From NCBI GenBank assembly GCA_002269645.1, contig NIVC01003373.1:37296-101295 (forward strand): a stretch of 64,000 nt of DNA. Reading direction: 5' to 3'. Within the stretch, counting starts at the first letter, position 1; every line of letters begins with the position of its first letter. This stretch comes from Macrostomum lignano. Lineage: Eukaryota. The notes under the pieces are model-generated. The model was given only the letters and a program-made list of their open reading frames with translations. It was not told the origin of the DNA and made no database searches. The translations under genes were made by a program, and so were the position numbers. Shown one piece after another: positions 24,801 through 36,216 of this stretch.

Positions 24801-27324
24801 CTCAGTTGCTGGGCCAGCCTGCCAGATCCTCAGTTGCTGGGCCAGCCTCCCAGATCATCAGTTGCTGGGCCAGCCTCCCAGATCCTCAGTTGCTGGGCCA
24901 GCCTCCCAGATCCTCAGTTGCTGGGCCAGCCTCCCAGATCATCAGTTGCTGGGCCAGCCTCCCAGATCATCATTGTCTGGGTCAGCCTTTAAAACGCATC
25001 ATCAACTCCAATCAATCCATTTCAACCTTTAATTTTTACATTTCAGACGGTGTCAGCGGTGGTGGCAGCGGAGGCAGCGGCGGCGGCCGTCACCCGATGG
25101 GCCCTGGCGAGCGCAGGCGGCTGTGGTCGCAGCTGGAGGCTGAGATCCGACTGCACAGGTGCAAAACTTTGCTTCGAGCGAGTCGCGGTCGTTCCGTTGC
25201 CAGGTCGGTGAAATCTGCGATTGACGATTGTAAAGACTGACTCGCCTGACCTTGAGCACAGGCTATTATTAATCTTCCCCGATTCCCCTTAAAAATCTCT
25301 CCCTATTCCTTTAAGAATCTCTTCCAATTTCCCTTGAGAATCTCCCGAATTCCCTTTGAGAATCTCCTGCCAATTCCCTTGGAGAATCTCCCTAATTCCC
25401 TTTAAGAATCTCCCCACCATTATCTTGAAAATCTCCCCGAATTCCCTTAAGAATCTCCCCTGAATTCCCCAAGAATATCCCCATTCCCCTTGAGAATCTA
25501 CCCCAATCCGCTTGATAATCCTTCCCAATTCCCCTTGATTATCTCCCCCAATTCCCGTTGAGTATCTCCCCCAATACGTATAGAGAATCTGCCACAACCC
25601 CTTGGGAATCTCTCTCAATTCCCCTTGAGAATCTGCCATAATTCTCCTAAAAAATGCTTCTCGCTACTTTTAGTAGACAAAACTCAACAAAATGCATTTT
25701 AGGTTCCTACCAAACAACGGCTTGGCACCGGGTCAGGAGGAATCGCTGACTGACTGTTCACCGCGTCAAGTCAGCGTCAGCAAGGACCCCGGTGAAGGCT
25801 TAGGCGTGTCCATTGTTGGAGGCCGCGAGCACGGGGCCCCAATTCTCATTTCCGAGCTGCATCCGGGTCTGCCAGCTGCTCGATGCGGTCTGATTCATGT
25901 TGGCGATGCCATTCTGTCTGTTGACGGAGTGTCGCTGAGAGAGGCTCGACATCACGACGCTGTGCAAGTGCTGAGTCATCTTCGAGAGTCCACTGTGGAA
26001 CTCACTCTGGTCTTTGTTGCCGATGTTGACCAGCCAGGGAGTGCTGATGATGACGAAGTGACTGATGAAGATGAGGACGACCGGTTTGTGGATCTGGCCA
26101 CTGGATACAGGTGGGTTGTGTCTGTGGGATACAGGTGGGTTGTGTCTGTCTGTGGGATACAGGTGGGTTGTGTCTGTGGGATACAGGTGGGTTGTGTCTG
26201 TGGGATACAGGTGGGTTGTGTCTGTCTGTGGGATACAGGTGGGTTGTGTCTGTGGGATACAGGTGGGTTGTGTCTGTGGGATACAGGTGGGTTGTGTCTG
26301 TCTGTGGGATACAGGTGGGTTGTGTCTGTGGGATACAGGTGGGTTGTGTCTGTGGGATACAGGTGGGTTGTGTCTGTGAGATACAGGTGGGTTGTGTCTG
26401 TGGGATACAGGTGGGTTGTGTCTGTGAGATACAGGTGGGTTGTGTCTGTGAGATACAGGTGGGTTGTGTCTGTCTGTGGGATACAGGTGGGTTGTGTCTG
26501 TGGGATACAGGTGGGTTGTGTCTGTGGGATACAGGTGGGTTGTGTCTGTGGGATACAGGTGGGTTGTGTCTGTCTGTGGGATACAGGTGGGTTGTGTCTG
26601 TGGGATACATGTGGGTTGTGTCTGTGGGATACAGGTGGGTTGTGTCTGTGGGATACAGGTGGATTGTGTCTGTGAGATACAGGTGGGTTGTGTCTGTCTG
26701 TGGGATACAGGTGGGTTGTGTCTGTGGGATACAGGTGGGTTGTGTCTGGGATACAGGTGGGTTGTGTCTGTGGGATACAGGTGGGTTGTGTCTGTGGGAT
26801 ACAGGTGGGTTGTGTCTGTGGGATACAGGTGGGTTGTGTCTGTGGGATACAGGTGGATTGTGTCTGTGAGATACAGGTGGGTTGTGTCTGTGGGATACAG
26901 GTGGGTTGTGTCTGTGGGATACAGGTGGGTTGTGTCTGTGGTATGCAGGTGGGTTGTGTCCGATGCACACTAGTTATTGCTTAACTTAATTACCCTCCAG
27001 GTTCCGCATGTACGATGATGAAATGACAACTTGTCATGGAAATCAGTTACGAAAGAAGTTGAAGAACAAAACTGAAGTCAAACTCCAGCCAAGGTAATTT
27101 TTTTTTACCATTGCAAAAACGTTTTTTTATAATCATTTTGTCTATGCCAGGCTGTTTTTTAAGTTTCACTGTGGTAAAAAAAAATCGCAAAATAACAATT
27201 CTTTTTTATTTATTTCAGCTGTAGCACTCAAGAAGGTAAAGTCTCAGCACAGGCAGGTTGTGCTAATAGTGCCAACGATGACAGGTACTTCTCTGCACCA
27301 GACAGTCTGGACAAATTGGGCTGA
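21874..27324 (+). CDS. GOPC: Golgi-associated PDZ and coiled-coil protein; exons 21874-22089, 24288-24621, 25047-25203, 25703-26110, 27001-27093, 27219-27324
   Basis: LLEKEFDKSF, LYAARLTAKYLNKELAGRVQQ, LWSQLEAEIRLHR and PDZ GLGVSIVGGREHGAPILISELHPG; all GT-AG junctions and phases consistent, no disruption. Confidence 0.95.
23890..24085 (-). mobile_element. CORE-type tRNA-derived SINE
   Basis: Reverse complement of GTGTCCTTGAGCAAGACACTTAACTCT..CAGCTGTAAAATTGGG; matches the copy at 29696-29905. Confidence 0.7.
24635..24975. repeat. 28-bp minisatellite in GOPC intron 2
   Basis: Unit GGGCCAGCCTCCCAGATCCTCAGTTGCT. Confidence 0.95.
25280..25650. repeat. Degenerate about 20-bp repeat in GOPC intron 3
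   Basis: Recurring TTCCCTTGAGAATCTCCC variants. Confidence 0.85.
26103..26960. repeat. 24/28-bp minisatellite containing the GOPC exon-4 donor
   Basis: Unit GGGATACAG|GTGGGTTGTGTCTGT, about 34 copies. Confidence 0.95.
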
Positions 27325-28279
27325 GAATGATCTGTCGCAATCCTCCTAGCTGAAAAAAATTGAAAATCTTGAAGACATCTGGCTTTGCTTTGTTACTAAC
27401 GGGTCCATTCGTGCCATTTGATACTTTGCCTGGGTCATATATGTATATTATTTTTGTTTTAATGAATTGTTTTCTATTATCAATTACCGTAAGAATCTAT
27501 TCATAAGTAGTTAACATCTATCAAATATATTTTTATCTGATTGTTTTATAATTGATTACAAAATGAACTTACTGGATTACAAGCTAAATATATTTGATAT
27601 ATTTAAAACAAAGCATTGTACAAGCGTACGTGTAGTAATATCATATGTCATATTTTGCAACGGGAAAAAGCTTACATTAGTGCAAAGCAAAAGTGTCACA
27701 ATTATATCAGCAATTCCATGTGTTTTTTAATTTCAGTAATTTTCTGATAAATTTTGTATCTGTGATTTTTCTATTTTCATTTCATTTAATTTCTTGTTTT
27801 AATCAGCACTATCACCCGATTCGAATTCACAAATTCACAAATTCACAACTTATTCAGCATTTTGTCTTTCTATCTGTGTCGGAGCAACTGTTGAAACACT
27901 CCTGAATATCATATGCAGAACCATAATTGGCATTCATAGTTTTAATCCATGCCTTTTATTTTACAGTGGTCGTGTCGCATATAAATGTGACCTACTTCGA
28001 CCAGCAAAAACTATATTTTGTTAATTTCAGCTTTATTTACCATTTTCCATTCCTGTAGTAGGTATAGATGGTCACAACGAATAATTTATACGGTTTTATG
28101 AAACTGTCAACTACTGTGAGGTGATTAATTGGTATTAATGAAATATATACTCAGTAAAGTGGTGTTTGCTAACTTATCAAAACTATTGTTCTTTTTTTAT
28201 TTAAACTTTTTCTTAGTTTCAATCGTTAAGATTTCTAGGAAAAGATTGTAAGAAAGATCTTTGAACGTCACGTCATTCG

Positions 28280-28540
28280 GGTGGTTCTGATTTGATGAAG
28301 GCCGCAGTCAATGATCATGACTGAGACCTTGAAGTGCTCAGCAGTTTCACTAGTCGTGAAATTTGGCTGAGTTTTTTATGAGCAGTTTCAGCTGCTGAAG
28401 ATCGAGCTCAGGGGGGAGACTTGAGCGCCTTTTGTTTTTCATTGATTCGTCACCCTTCTTCAATAATTGGGCAAACCACCGGGAATGGTATAGCTTTCGA
28501 TGCACCTCCGCTGCCGTGTCTTCTCTGGGTCTGGGTCATT
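28280..28540 (-). mobile_element. Mariner transposase N-terminal HTH remnant
   Basis: RWFAQLLKKGDESMKNKRRSSLPPELDLQQLKLLI /shift/ TSETAEHFKVS..LHQI resembles the mariner RWF..F..GD..L....RSG.P..LD...L..LI..T..ELA..L.VS pattern. Confidence 0.6.
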
Positions 28541-28966
28541 CCGTTGCTGAGTTCTAGCTCATTATTAAGTGACGAGGTCCAATAAAGTGTACTGCGATTT
28601 CGACCTGAATACTACCCGAGAAAAAACTTTGTCTATGGCCGCAAAGATTTATTCTTACAGTCAGTTTCAAGCTGAGACGCATTTTTATGCAAAATATTTA
28701 TCCATTGAGGACGATCACCGTCGCCAACTTCCCAGGCAGCTCATCGATGGCCTAGCAGTAGACAGCGAGAAGGTCATGTGAAGCACTAAATGTTGCTCTT
28801 TAAGCTGAAAAGCTATACGCAAACGATCACTATCCCAAGCAGATGACCCTTGTAGAATCTTTTAACTAATAAGTCTCAGTGACTTATATAGGCTAGCTAC
28901 GCTTCATAGACGTGAAGAATCGAATGTCTTAAAGGGTGCTTGACCTTTTTGATCGTATAAAAATTC

Positions 28967-29566
28967 ATGTCTCAACAACCGCAGAAATCAGCTGGTTCCG
29001 CTTTGCTGCGAAAAGCCCTAACAGCTTTTAGTAGCGCCAACAGCAAAGAAGCCAGTTGTCAGGATGACGGATGGAGCGACGCTGAGGACACGGAGGCGTC
29101 AAAGTCTAGCGTAAAGAAATCTTCCGCTAACACAACTGCTATTAGAAGCAGCAACATCGGAGTCGCTCGCAGGCGCAGGGCAGAGAAACGACGCGAACTG
29201 GCTAAGCGAGAGCTGACCCTGCGAAAGAAGCTGGTCAAGTCTCGAACCGATCGGCTTGTTGAGTCAGCCGCCGCTGCAGAGGCCAACTCAGCCGAAAAAC
29301 AATCGGCTAAACTTCGATTGAAAAAATATCGCACTTTGCTTCAACAAGCTACAGTGGAATTGGAGCGCGAACTCGCGACCTACAAGTCGGCCGGTCTAAT
29401 TAAAGGTGGCCGAGGTAATAAAGCGATCGATAAACAAGCCGAAGCGTCTCAGGCTAAAGATAAGCGACAACAGAAACAGCTGGCTCTGGCTAGAGAGCTC
29501 GACTTTAAGCGGTTCAATCAGAGTCTCAGAGAAATCCTTGTGTCCACTACTGGTTCCGCTAAGTAA
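28967..29566 (+). CDS. Orphan 199-aa Lys/Arg/Ala-rich, probably coiled-coil protein
   Basis: Non-repetitive 600-nt ORF with ATG; TATAAAAA just upstream; no recognised domain. Confidence 0.45.
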   Translation: MSQQPQKSAGSALLRKALTAFSSANSKEASCQDDGWSDAEDTEASKSSVKKSSANTTAIRSSNIGVARRRRAEKRRELAKRELTLRKKLVKSRTDRLVESAAAAEANSAEKQSAKLRLKKYRTLLQQATVELERELATYKSAGLIKGGRGNKAIDKQAEASQAKDKRQQKQLALARELDFKRFNQSLREILVSTTGSAK

Positions 29567-29695
29567 CACTGGTCTTTGTTTGGCAATTGACAGTAAAGCT
29601 TTGATAACTGCGATCGAGTAATGATTGAAATAAAACGGCATTTTTTCCTATTTTTAACTTGCAGATTTTGACTCGGTTGTTTTATTGCTATTTTT

Positions 29696-29905
29696 TGGGG
29701 TTGTAGCCTAGTGGTTGGAGCGTCCGATTCTCGACTTGAAGGTTGGGGGTTCGATTCCCTATCCCACTGGAACAATTTGTATCCTTGAGCAAGATTACTT
29801 AACTCTGCATTGCTTCGGTTCAATCAGCTGTAAAATGGGTGCCAGCATTAGCTGAGGTAATTGAGGGTGTGTGGCGACCCCCAGTCCTTGGACTGAACAG
29901 CCGTA
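29696..29905 (+). mobile_element. CORE-type tRNA-derived SINE
   Basis: A box TAGCCTAGTGG, B box GGTTCGATTCC, CORE-like TCCTTGAGCAAGATTACTTAACTC..CAGCTGTAAAATGGG. Confidence 0.75.
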
Positions 29906-29954
29906 CGCAGCCTTCAGATGCGCCGCGCAATAGCTGCGGCTGAGCTTGCGCTCT

Positions 29955-30132
29955 TATTTCAAGTGCATTTGCATTAATTTCGGGCTATATTGAAATCTCG
30001 GCTGGGGTCTGTTCGTGCAATTAACGCCCTTAAGGGCCAGGCACCAAGGCTACCGATAAATAAAGTTATAGGGCGGCTGTACTTGCTGTGTGTGCCTGCT
30101 CAGGTGAGTCGGCGGAATGGGCAGTAATGAGC
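29955..30132 (+). mobile_element. Partial copy of the 45113-type SINE
   Basis: Shared CATTAATTT..ATCTCGGCT..CGTGCAATTAACG and TGCCTGCTCAGG.GAGTCGGCGGAATGGGCAGTAATG. Confidence 0.75.
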
Positions 30133-30165
30133 CTTGAAAATACTTTAATTTCAGATCTTTCCGAT

Positions 30166-30846
30166 ATGCCACCAATTATCGAAAGCGGCTCTGCAGGTCG
30201 CATTAGAAACTCTTGTAAATCAATCAAGTGTCTTATATTCTACCTAGCCTGTCCTGTCCAGCTTCTATGTGGCTTCATTATAGCCGGATGCCAGTTGCTA
30301 ATTCACAGTTTAGGAGGCGGCTCCTCTGACGACAGTCTGGTAGCTGTTGGCTTGGTCACAGGACTGCTGCTTGTTGTTGCCAGCTTGGTTGCCATGGTGA
30401 ACTTGTCAAGAAGAAAACTCCATATAGCAAGTACTGCTGTTAAAGTACCGCCTTGTCTAGTTGCTAGCCTGTTGCTAGGGTTGGCCTGCCCTCCGGGTTG
30501 CTTAGCAACCGGGATCATCCTGCTGCGTCACAGTTTGGCTTCATCAGTCAGCCAGGAAGCTGCGTGCGGTGACCCACCCCTGCTAAATGAGATCGCTTCC
30601 GGTGCTAACTATACTACTCAGTCTAGCCGCATCGCCAGTAGTAGTAGCATTGAAGCGCCGCTAATCTGGTCTCGAGCTTGTCTGCTAGCCTCTCTATCCG
30701 TTGCCATGGTAACTGCTTGTTTGTTAACTGTCGCTCTGGCGATGGAAATTCGTAGATTCCGTCGGATGAGGCATCGAATGGAGCGAACTCTGCTGCACCG
30801 AATGGACTCAGACGGGCACAGATGCGATGATGGGGCTGTGGCATGA
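30166..30846 (+). CDS. Four-transmembrane protein of 226 aa; in-frame upstream ATG at 30127
   Basis: Four hydrophobic spans, a long TM3-TM4 loop with an NYT sequon and a basic cytoplasmic tail; acceptor TTTCAG at 30154 precedes the ATG. Confidence 0.7.
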   Translation: MPPIIESGSAGRIRNSCKSIKCLIFYLACPVQLLCGFIIAGCQLLIHSLGGGSSDDSLVAVGLVTGLLLVVASLVAMVNLSRRKLHIASTAVKVPPCLVASLLLGLACPPGCLATGIILLRHSLASSVSQEAACGDPPLLNEIASGANYTTQSSRIASSSSIEAPLIWSRACLLASLSVAMVTACLLTVALAMEIRRFRRMRHRMERTLLHRMDSDGHRCDDGAVA

Positions 30847-31109
30847 TGCTGGGGAATTGAATTTTTTGTATCTCCCATCTTCTCTGGCTAATCTCAGGTT
30901 CTGTGCGTTTTCATAGATAGGTTTCTATCAATTCGATGTTCATTCACGTGTAAATTTAGCATAGTTAGATTTCGGGGCTGGCTCTCATGCTGCTTCAAGT
31001 TTTGTGTATAAAAATGTCAATAATCTTGCAAATAATATTTTTAAAAAGTATTTTTAACCTCTAGCGATAAAATTTCAATAGATAGCTATTAGCGTTCATA
31101 TTGCTCACT

Positions 31110-32775
31110 TAAGTCCCTATCGGATCCCGATTCCCCTCATGATACTCCCCGAAATTCCCTATCGGATCCCGATTCCCCTCATGATACTCCCCGAAATTCC
31201 CTATCGGATCCTGATTCCCCCATGTGGGGTTCATGATCTGCCCGAAATTCCCTATCGGATCCTGATTCCCCCATGTGGGAATCATGATCTGCCCAAAATT
31301 CCCTATCAGATCCTGATTCCCCCATGTGGGGTTGTGGATGTGGGGTTCATGATCTGCCCGAAATTCCCTATCAGATACTGATTCCCCCATGTCGGGTTGT
31401 GGATGTGGGGTTCATGATCTGCCCGAAATTCCCTATCAGATCCTGATTCCCCCTTGTTGGGGTTGTGGATGTGGGGTTCATGATCTTCCCGAAATTCCCT
31501 ATCAGATCCTGATTCCCCCATGTGGGGTTGTGGATGTGGGGTTCATGATCTGCCCGAAATTCCCTATCGGATCCTGATTCCCCCATGTGGGGTTGTGGAT
31601 GTGGGGTTTATGATCTGCCCGAAATTCCCTATCAGATCCTGATTCCCCTCATGATACTCCCCGAAATTCCCTATCGGATCCCGATTCCCCTCATGATACT
31701 CCCCGAAATTCCCTATCGGATCCTGATTCCCCTCATGATACTCCCCGAAATTCCCTATCGGATCCTGATTCCCCTCATGATACTCCCCGAAATTCCCTAT
31801 CGGATCCTGATTCCCCTCATGATACTCCCCGAAATTCCCTATCGGATCCTGATTCCCCCATGTGGGAATCATGATCTGCCCAAAATTCCCTATCAGATCC
31901 TGATTCCCCCATGTGGGGTTGTGGATGTGGGGTTCATGATCTGCCCGAAATTCCCTATCGGATCCTGATTCCCCCATGTGGGGTTGTGGATGTGGGGTTC
32001 ATGATCTGCCCGAAATTCCCTATCGGATCCTGATTCCCCCATGTGGGGTTGTGGATGTGGGGTTCATGATCTGCCCGAAATTCCCTATCGGATCCTGATT
32101 CCCCCATGTGGGGTTGTGGATGTGGGGTTCATGATCTGCCCGAAATTCCCTATCAGATCCTGATTCCCCCTTGTTGGGGTTGTGGATGTGGGGTTCATGA
32201 TCTGCCCGAAATTCCCTATCGGATCCTGATTCCCCCATGTGGGGTTGTGGATGTGGGGTTCATGATCTGCCCGAAATTCCCTATCGGATCCTGATTCCCC
32301 CATGTGGGGTTGTGGATGTGGGGTTCATGATCTGCCCGAAATTCCCTATCGGATCCTGATTCCCCCTTGTTGGGGTTGTGGATGTGGGGTTCATGATCTG
32401 CCCGAAATTCCCTATCAGATTCTGATTCCCCCTTGTTGGGGTTGTGGATGTGGGGTTCATGATCTGCCCGAAATTCCCTATCAGATCCTGATTCCCCCTT
32501 GTTGGGGTTGTGGATGTGGGGTTCATGATCTGCCCGAAATTCCCTATCAGATCCTGATTTCCCCTTGTTGGGGTTGTGGATGTGGGGTTCATGATCTGCC
32601 CGAAATTCCCTATCAGATCCTGATTCCCCCTTGTTGGGGTTGTGGATGTGGGGTTCATGATCTGCCCGAAATTCCCTATCAGATCCTGATTTCCCCTTGT
32701 TGGGGTTGTGGATGTGGGGTTCATGATCTGCCCGAAATTCCCTATCAGATCCTGATTCCCCCTTGTTGGGGGTGG
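31110..32775. repeat. Compound minisatellite of related 42-bp and 65/66-bp units
   Basis: Shared core CCCGAAATTCCCTATCGGATCCTGATTCCCC. Confidence 0.95.
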
Positions 32776-33154
32776 AATCCCCGTTGGGTTTTAAACCCCT
32801 CATAACACTCATTCCCTATCTGATTCAACCATAGAACTATACCGTACGTTATTTTCATATCTGCATGCTTTTTTAGTACCATGAAACTTATTAAAGCTGT
32901 ATTTTTCATGTTTTATCTTATTCACTAACATATTTATAAACGTAATAATAAGCGCAATCATTATTTAAAATTCGTAAGCTTATCTGGCACTCGCTATGTG
33001 TATGACGCGTTAGCGCAATTGACTGATAGTTTTACAATAAACTTGTTGAATAACACGATTACATGTAGCTCTGCACACAGCGCAATTTATATGTTGAACT
33101 TTTTGGCTTACATTTAGTATTTTTTGTCTGTAATTTTCATTTTGACCCTAAGGG

Positions 33155-34557
33155 TAGGGGGCGACCGGGACGGCCAAGGTCGGGCCCGGGTCGGGCCTCG
33201 GGAATTCGGGACAAGATCTTTAGGACAGCTCAATAATTGGAAAAAAATCATAATAAATCTTAATACTTTTAGCATATGCGGATTACTATTAAATATATAA
33301 TAAATATATGAATATATTAAATTTAATATAATATATTAAATGTATAATAAATATATGATAAACATTAAATATATTATAATAAAATATATAAGTATATTAA
33401 ATATATAATAATATATAAATATAATAAATGTAATATATTATATTAAATATATAATAAATATTATTATTATTTAATACATTAGTTAAGACTTCAGAATAGA
33501 TAAGAGTTACATTAAAAGACCTAATACTCAAATATCAATACACTCAATAGTTCACATTCAATGTCACTGTGTGGCACAAGTACTGTGTGTGTGCCAGTGA
33601 CAGTGACACTAACAGGCAGTGAGGTAGACAAGCAGGCACTGCAGCAGTGCGGCTGGCACTGGCAGTGGCAGTAAGCAAAAAGAAGAAAAGCTGAAGCATT
33701 AAGTGTAAGGCACTTGGCATTGGAAGCAGTAAGGAAGTAAGAACCAAATCAATTGATTGATTCTTTTATTTGAATTTTTAGTTCCTTTACATAGCTTCAA
33801 TGTAAAGAGCCATGTACACAGTCAGTATTCAGTAAGACAACAAGACAAGACAACAGAGCAGAACACAAATGAAGTGACAACACAACACAACACTCAACTG
33901 TCTCAACAGAACAGGCAAACAGACAATGGAAATACAAGTAATTAGCTGATACCTGCCTACCTGCTCACCTACCCACCTAAACGAATATGATTACGAATAC
34001 GATACTATGAGTCTACTACTACGACTACCTACGAATACGATACAAATATGAACACGATTACAAACTCTGATAGATAGCAAACTTCTTGGAAAAATGGTTG
34101 CCTTGGCCCTTAATAGGTACTTCTTGGAATGTAAATAGGAAATGTTATTTACAAAAGCTTAAAAATGACAAATCAACTTTTTAAAGAATCATATTTTTGC
34201 TTTTAGGCTGCAGCTTGCAGCGTGTAAAGTGGAATCAATATTGCAAAAAAGTATTGCAAAACTGTTTTAATTTTATCTTCCTGGAAAAAATCCGATCTTC
34301 CTGGAAAGTGGAAACTGGCTGTGGCTGACGCTCACGGTCACAGACAGTTGCAGTTGCAGTTGTATTTTCCTGGGGCTGGAATTAAAGGTAAATTAGTGTG
34401 AATGTGTTGAAAAATAATTTTTTCTTATTCGCACGCGGTTAGTGCCTTTAGGGAAAAAAGACTTGTCCCGATTTCCCGACTTTTTAAGGGTCGGGCCACG
34501 ATTTTGGTCGGGATTCCCGACTTTTCGGGCCCGGGCCCGGGACTGGGTCGCCCCCTA
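33155..34557. mobile_element. Non-autonomous hAT element, 1403 bp
   Basis: Perfect 12-bp TIR TAGGGGGCGACC; 8-bp TSD CCTAAGGG at 33147-33154 and 34558-34565; TCGGG subterminal repeats. Confidence 0.92.
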
Positions 34558-34574
34558 CCTAAGGGATCCTATCG

Positions 34575-35530
34575 GCGTGTCACTTCCGGTGTGGGACATC
34601 ATGTGTCACTTCCAGAGTGCGTGTGTGGGATCATTTGTCACTTCCCGTGTGCGGCATCATTTGTGTCACTTCCGGTGTGCGGCATCACTTGTGTCACTTC
34701 CGGTGTGCGGCATCACTTGTGTCACTTCCGGTGTGCGGCATCATTTGTGTCACTCCCGGTGTGCGGCATCATTTGTGTCATTTCCGGTGTGCGGCATCAT
34801 TTGTGTCACTTCCGGTGTGCGGCATCACTTGTGTCACTTCCGGTGTGCGGCATCACTTGTGTCAATTCCGGTGTGCGGCATCATTTGTGTCACTTCCGGT
34901 GTGCGGCATCACTTGTGTCACTTCCGGTGTGTGGCATCATTTGTGTCACTCCCGGTGTGCGGCATCACTTGTGTCACTCCCGGTGTGCGGCATCATTTGT
35001 GTCACTTCCGGTGTGCGGCATCACTTGTGTCACTTCCGGTGTGCGGCATCACTTGTGTCACTTCCGGTGTGCGGCATCACTTGTGTCACTTCCGGTGTGC
35101 GGCATCACTTGTGTCACTTTCGGTGTGCGGCATCACTTGTGTCACTCCCGGTGTGCGGCATCATTTGTGTCACTTCCGGTGTGCGGCATCATTTGTGTCA
35201 CTTCCGGTGTGCGGCATCACTTGTGTCACTTCCGGTGTGTGGCATCATTTGTGTCACTCCCAGTGTGCGGCATCATTTGTGTCACTTCCGGTGTGCGGCA
35301 TCACTTGTGTCACTTCCGGTGTGCGGCATCACTTGTGTCACTTCCGGTGTGTGGCATCATTTGTGTCACTCCCGGTGTGCGGCATCACTTGTGTCACTCC
35401 CGGTGTGCGGCATCATTTGTGTCACTTCCGGTGTGCGGCATCATTTGTGTCACTTCCGGTGTGCGGCATCACTTGTGTCACTTCCGGTGTGCGGCATCAT
35501 TTGTGTCACTCCCAGTGTGCGGCATTTTTT
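34575..35530. repeat. 28-bp minisatellite
   Basis: Unit GTGTCACTTCCGGTGTGCGGCATCA(C/T)TT, about 34 copies. Confidence 0.95.
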
Positions 35531-36216
35531 TATCACTTTCGGGTGTGCGAAAACGTTAATTTCACTTAAATGTATGGTCCTATACAGCAGCAGCATCTGT
35601 GTCAAATCTACATGTAAAAAAGCCTTTAGATTCCTTTTTTGGCGAGCGCCTTCAGACTCAGACTTGAGTCCTACTGGCTATGTTTGACAAATGGTTGTCA
35701 CCGTTGTTTCCTGTCGAAATTCGGACTCAGTTCTAAGGTCGAATTTGCATTACGAAACATTTAAATTAAATTTTAATTCAATTAGTATACTGTTAGTTTA
35801 CACAATTTCAAAATCAGGATTCAACAAACAGATATGCGTAATTTTCCAAAGGATTATCTAAATAACGAATATATTGAATAAAACCATATTTAAATTTCCT
35901 GCTTATTGTTTCTACCTACAGTGTTATCGAAAATGTTACTCTTAGTAGGGTCTTCAGGGATTTTATTCTTTATTAGTAAAAATGTAAATTTTCCGCCTGA
36001 AAGCTGAAACTGTAAAGCATGCAGCAGCTCCATAGATAAAAAAATTAGGCCAATACTGAATGAAAAGTTCAACTTTTTGTACTAGGAAAATATTCGAAAA
36101 ACTATTAACTATCGATTACTCAAGGAATCAAATCACCTGAAGTTCGTACTGAAGTTACCAATTCTGAAGTCTTGTTGACGTAAATAAGTTTTTTAAATAT
36201 AGTTTCTTGTTTGCCT

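Noticed and set aside
28569-28781. 70-aa ORF upstream of the orphan basic ORF
   Set aside because: Short, starts at GTG, no motif and no paralog for support
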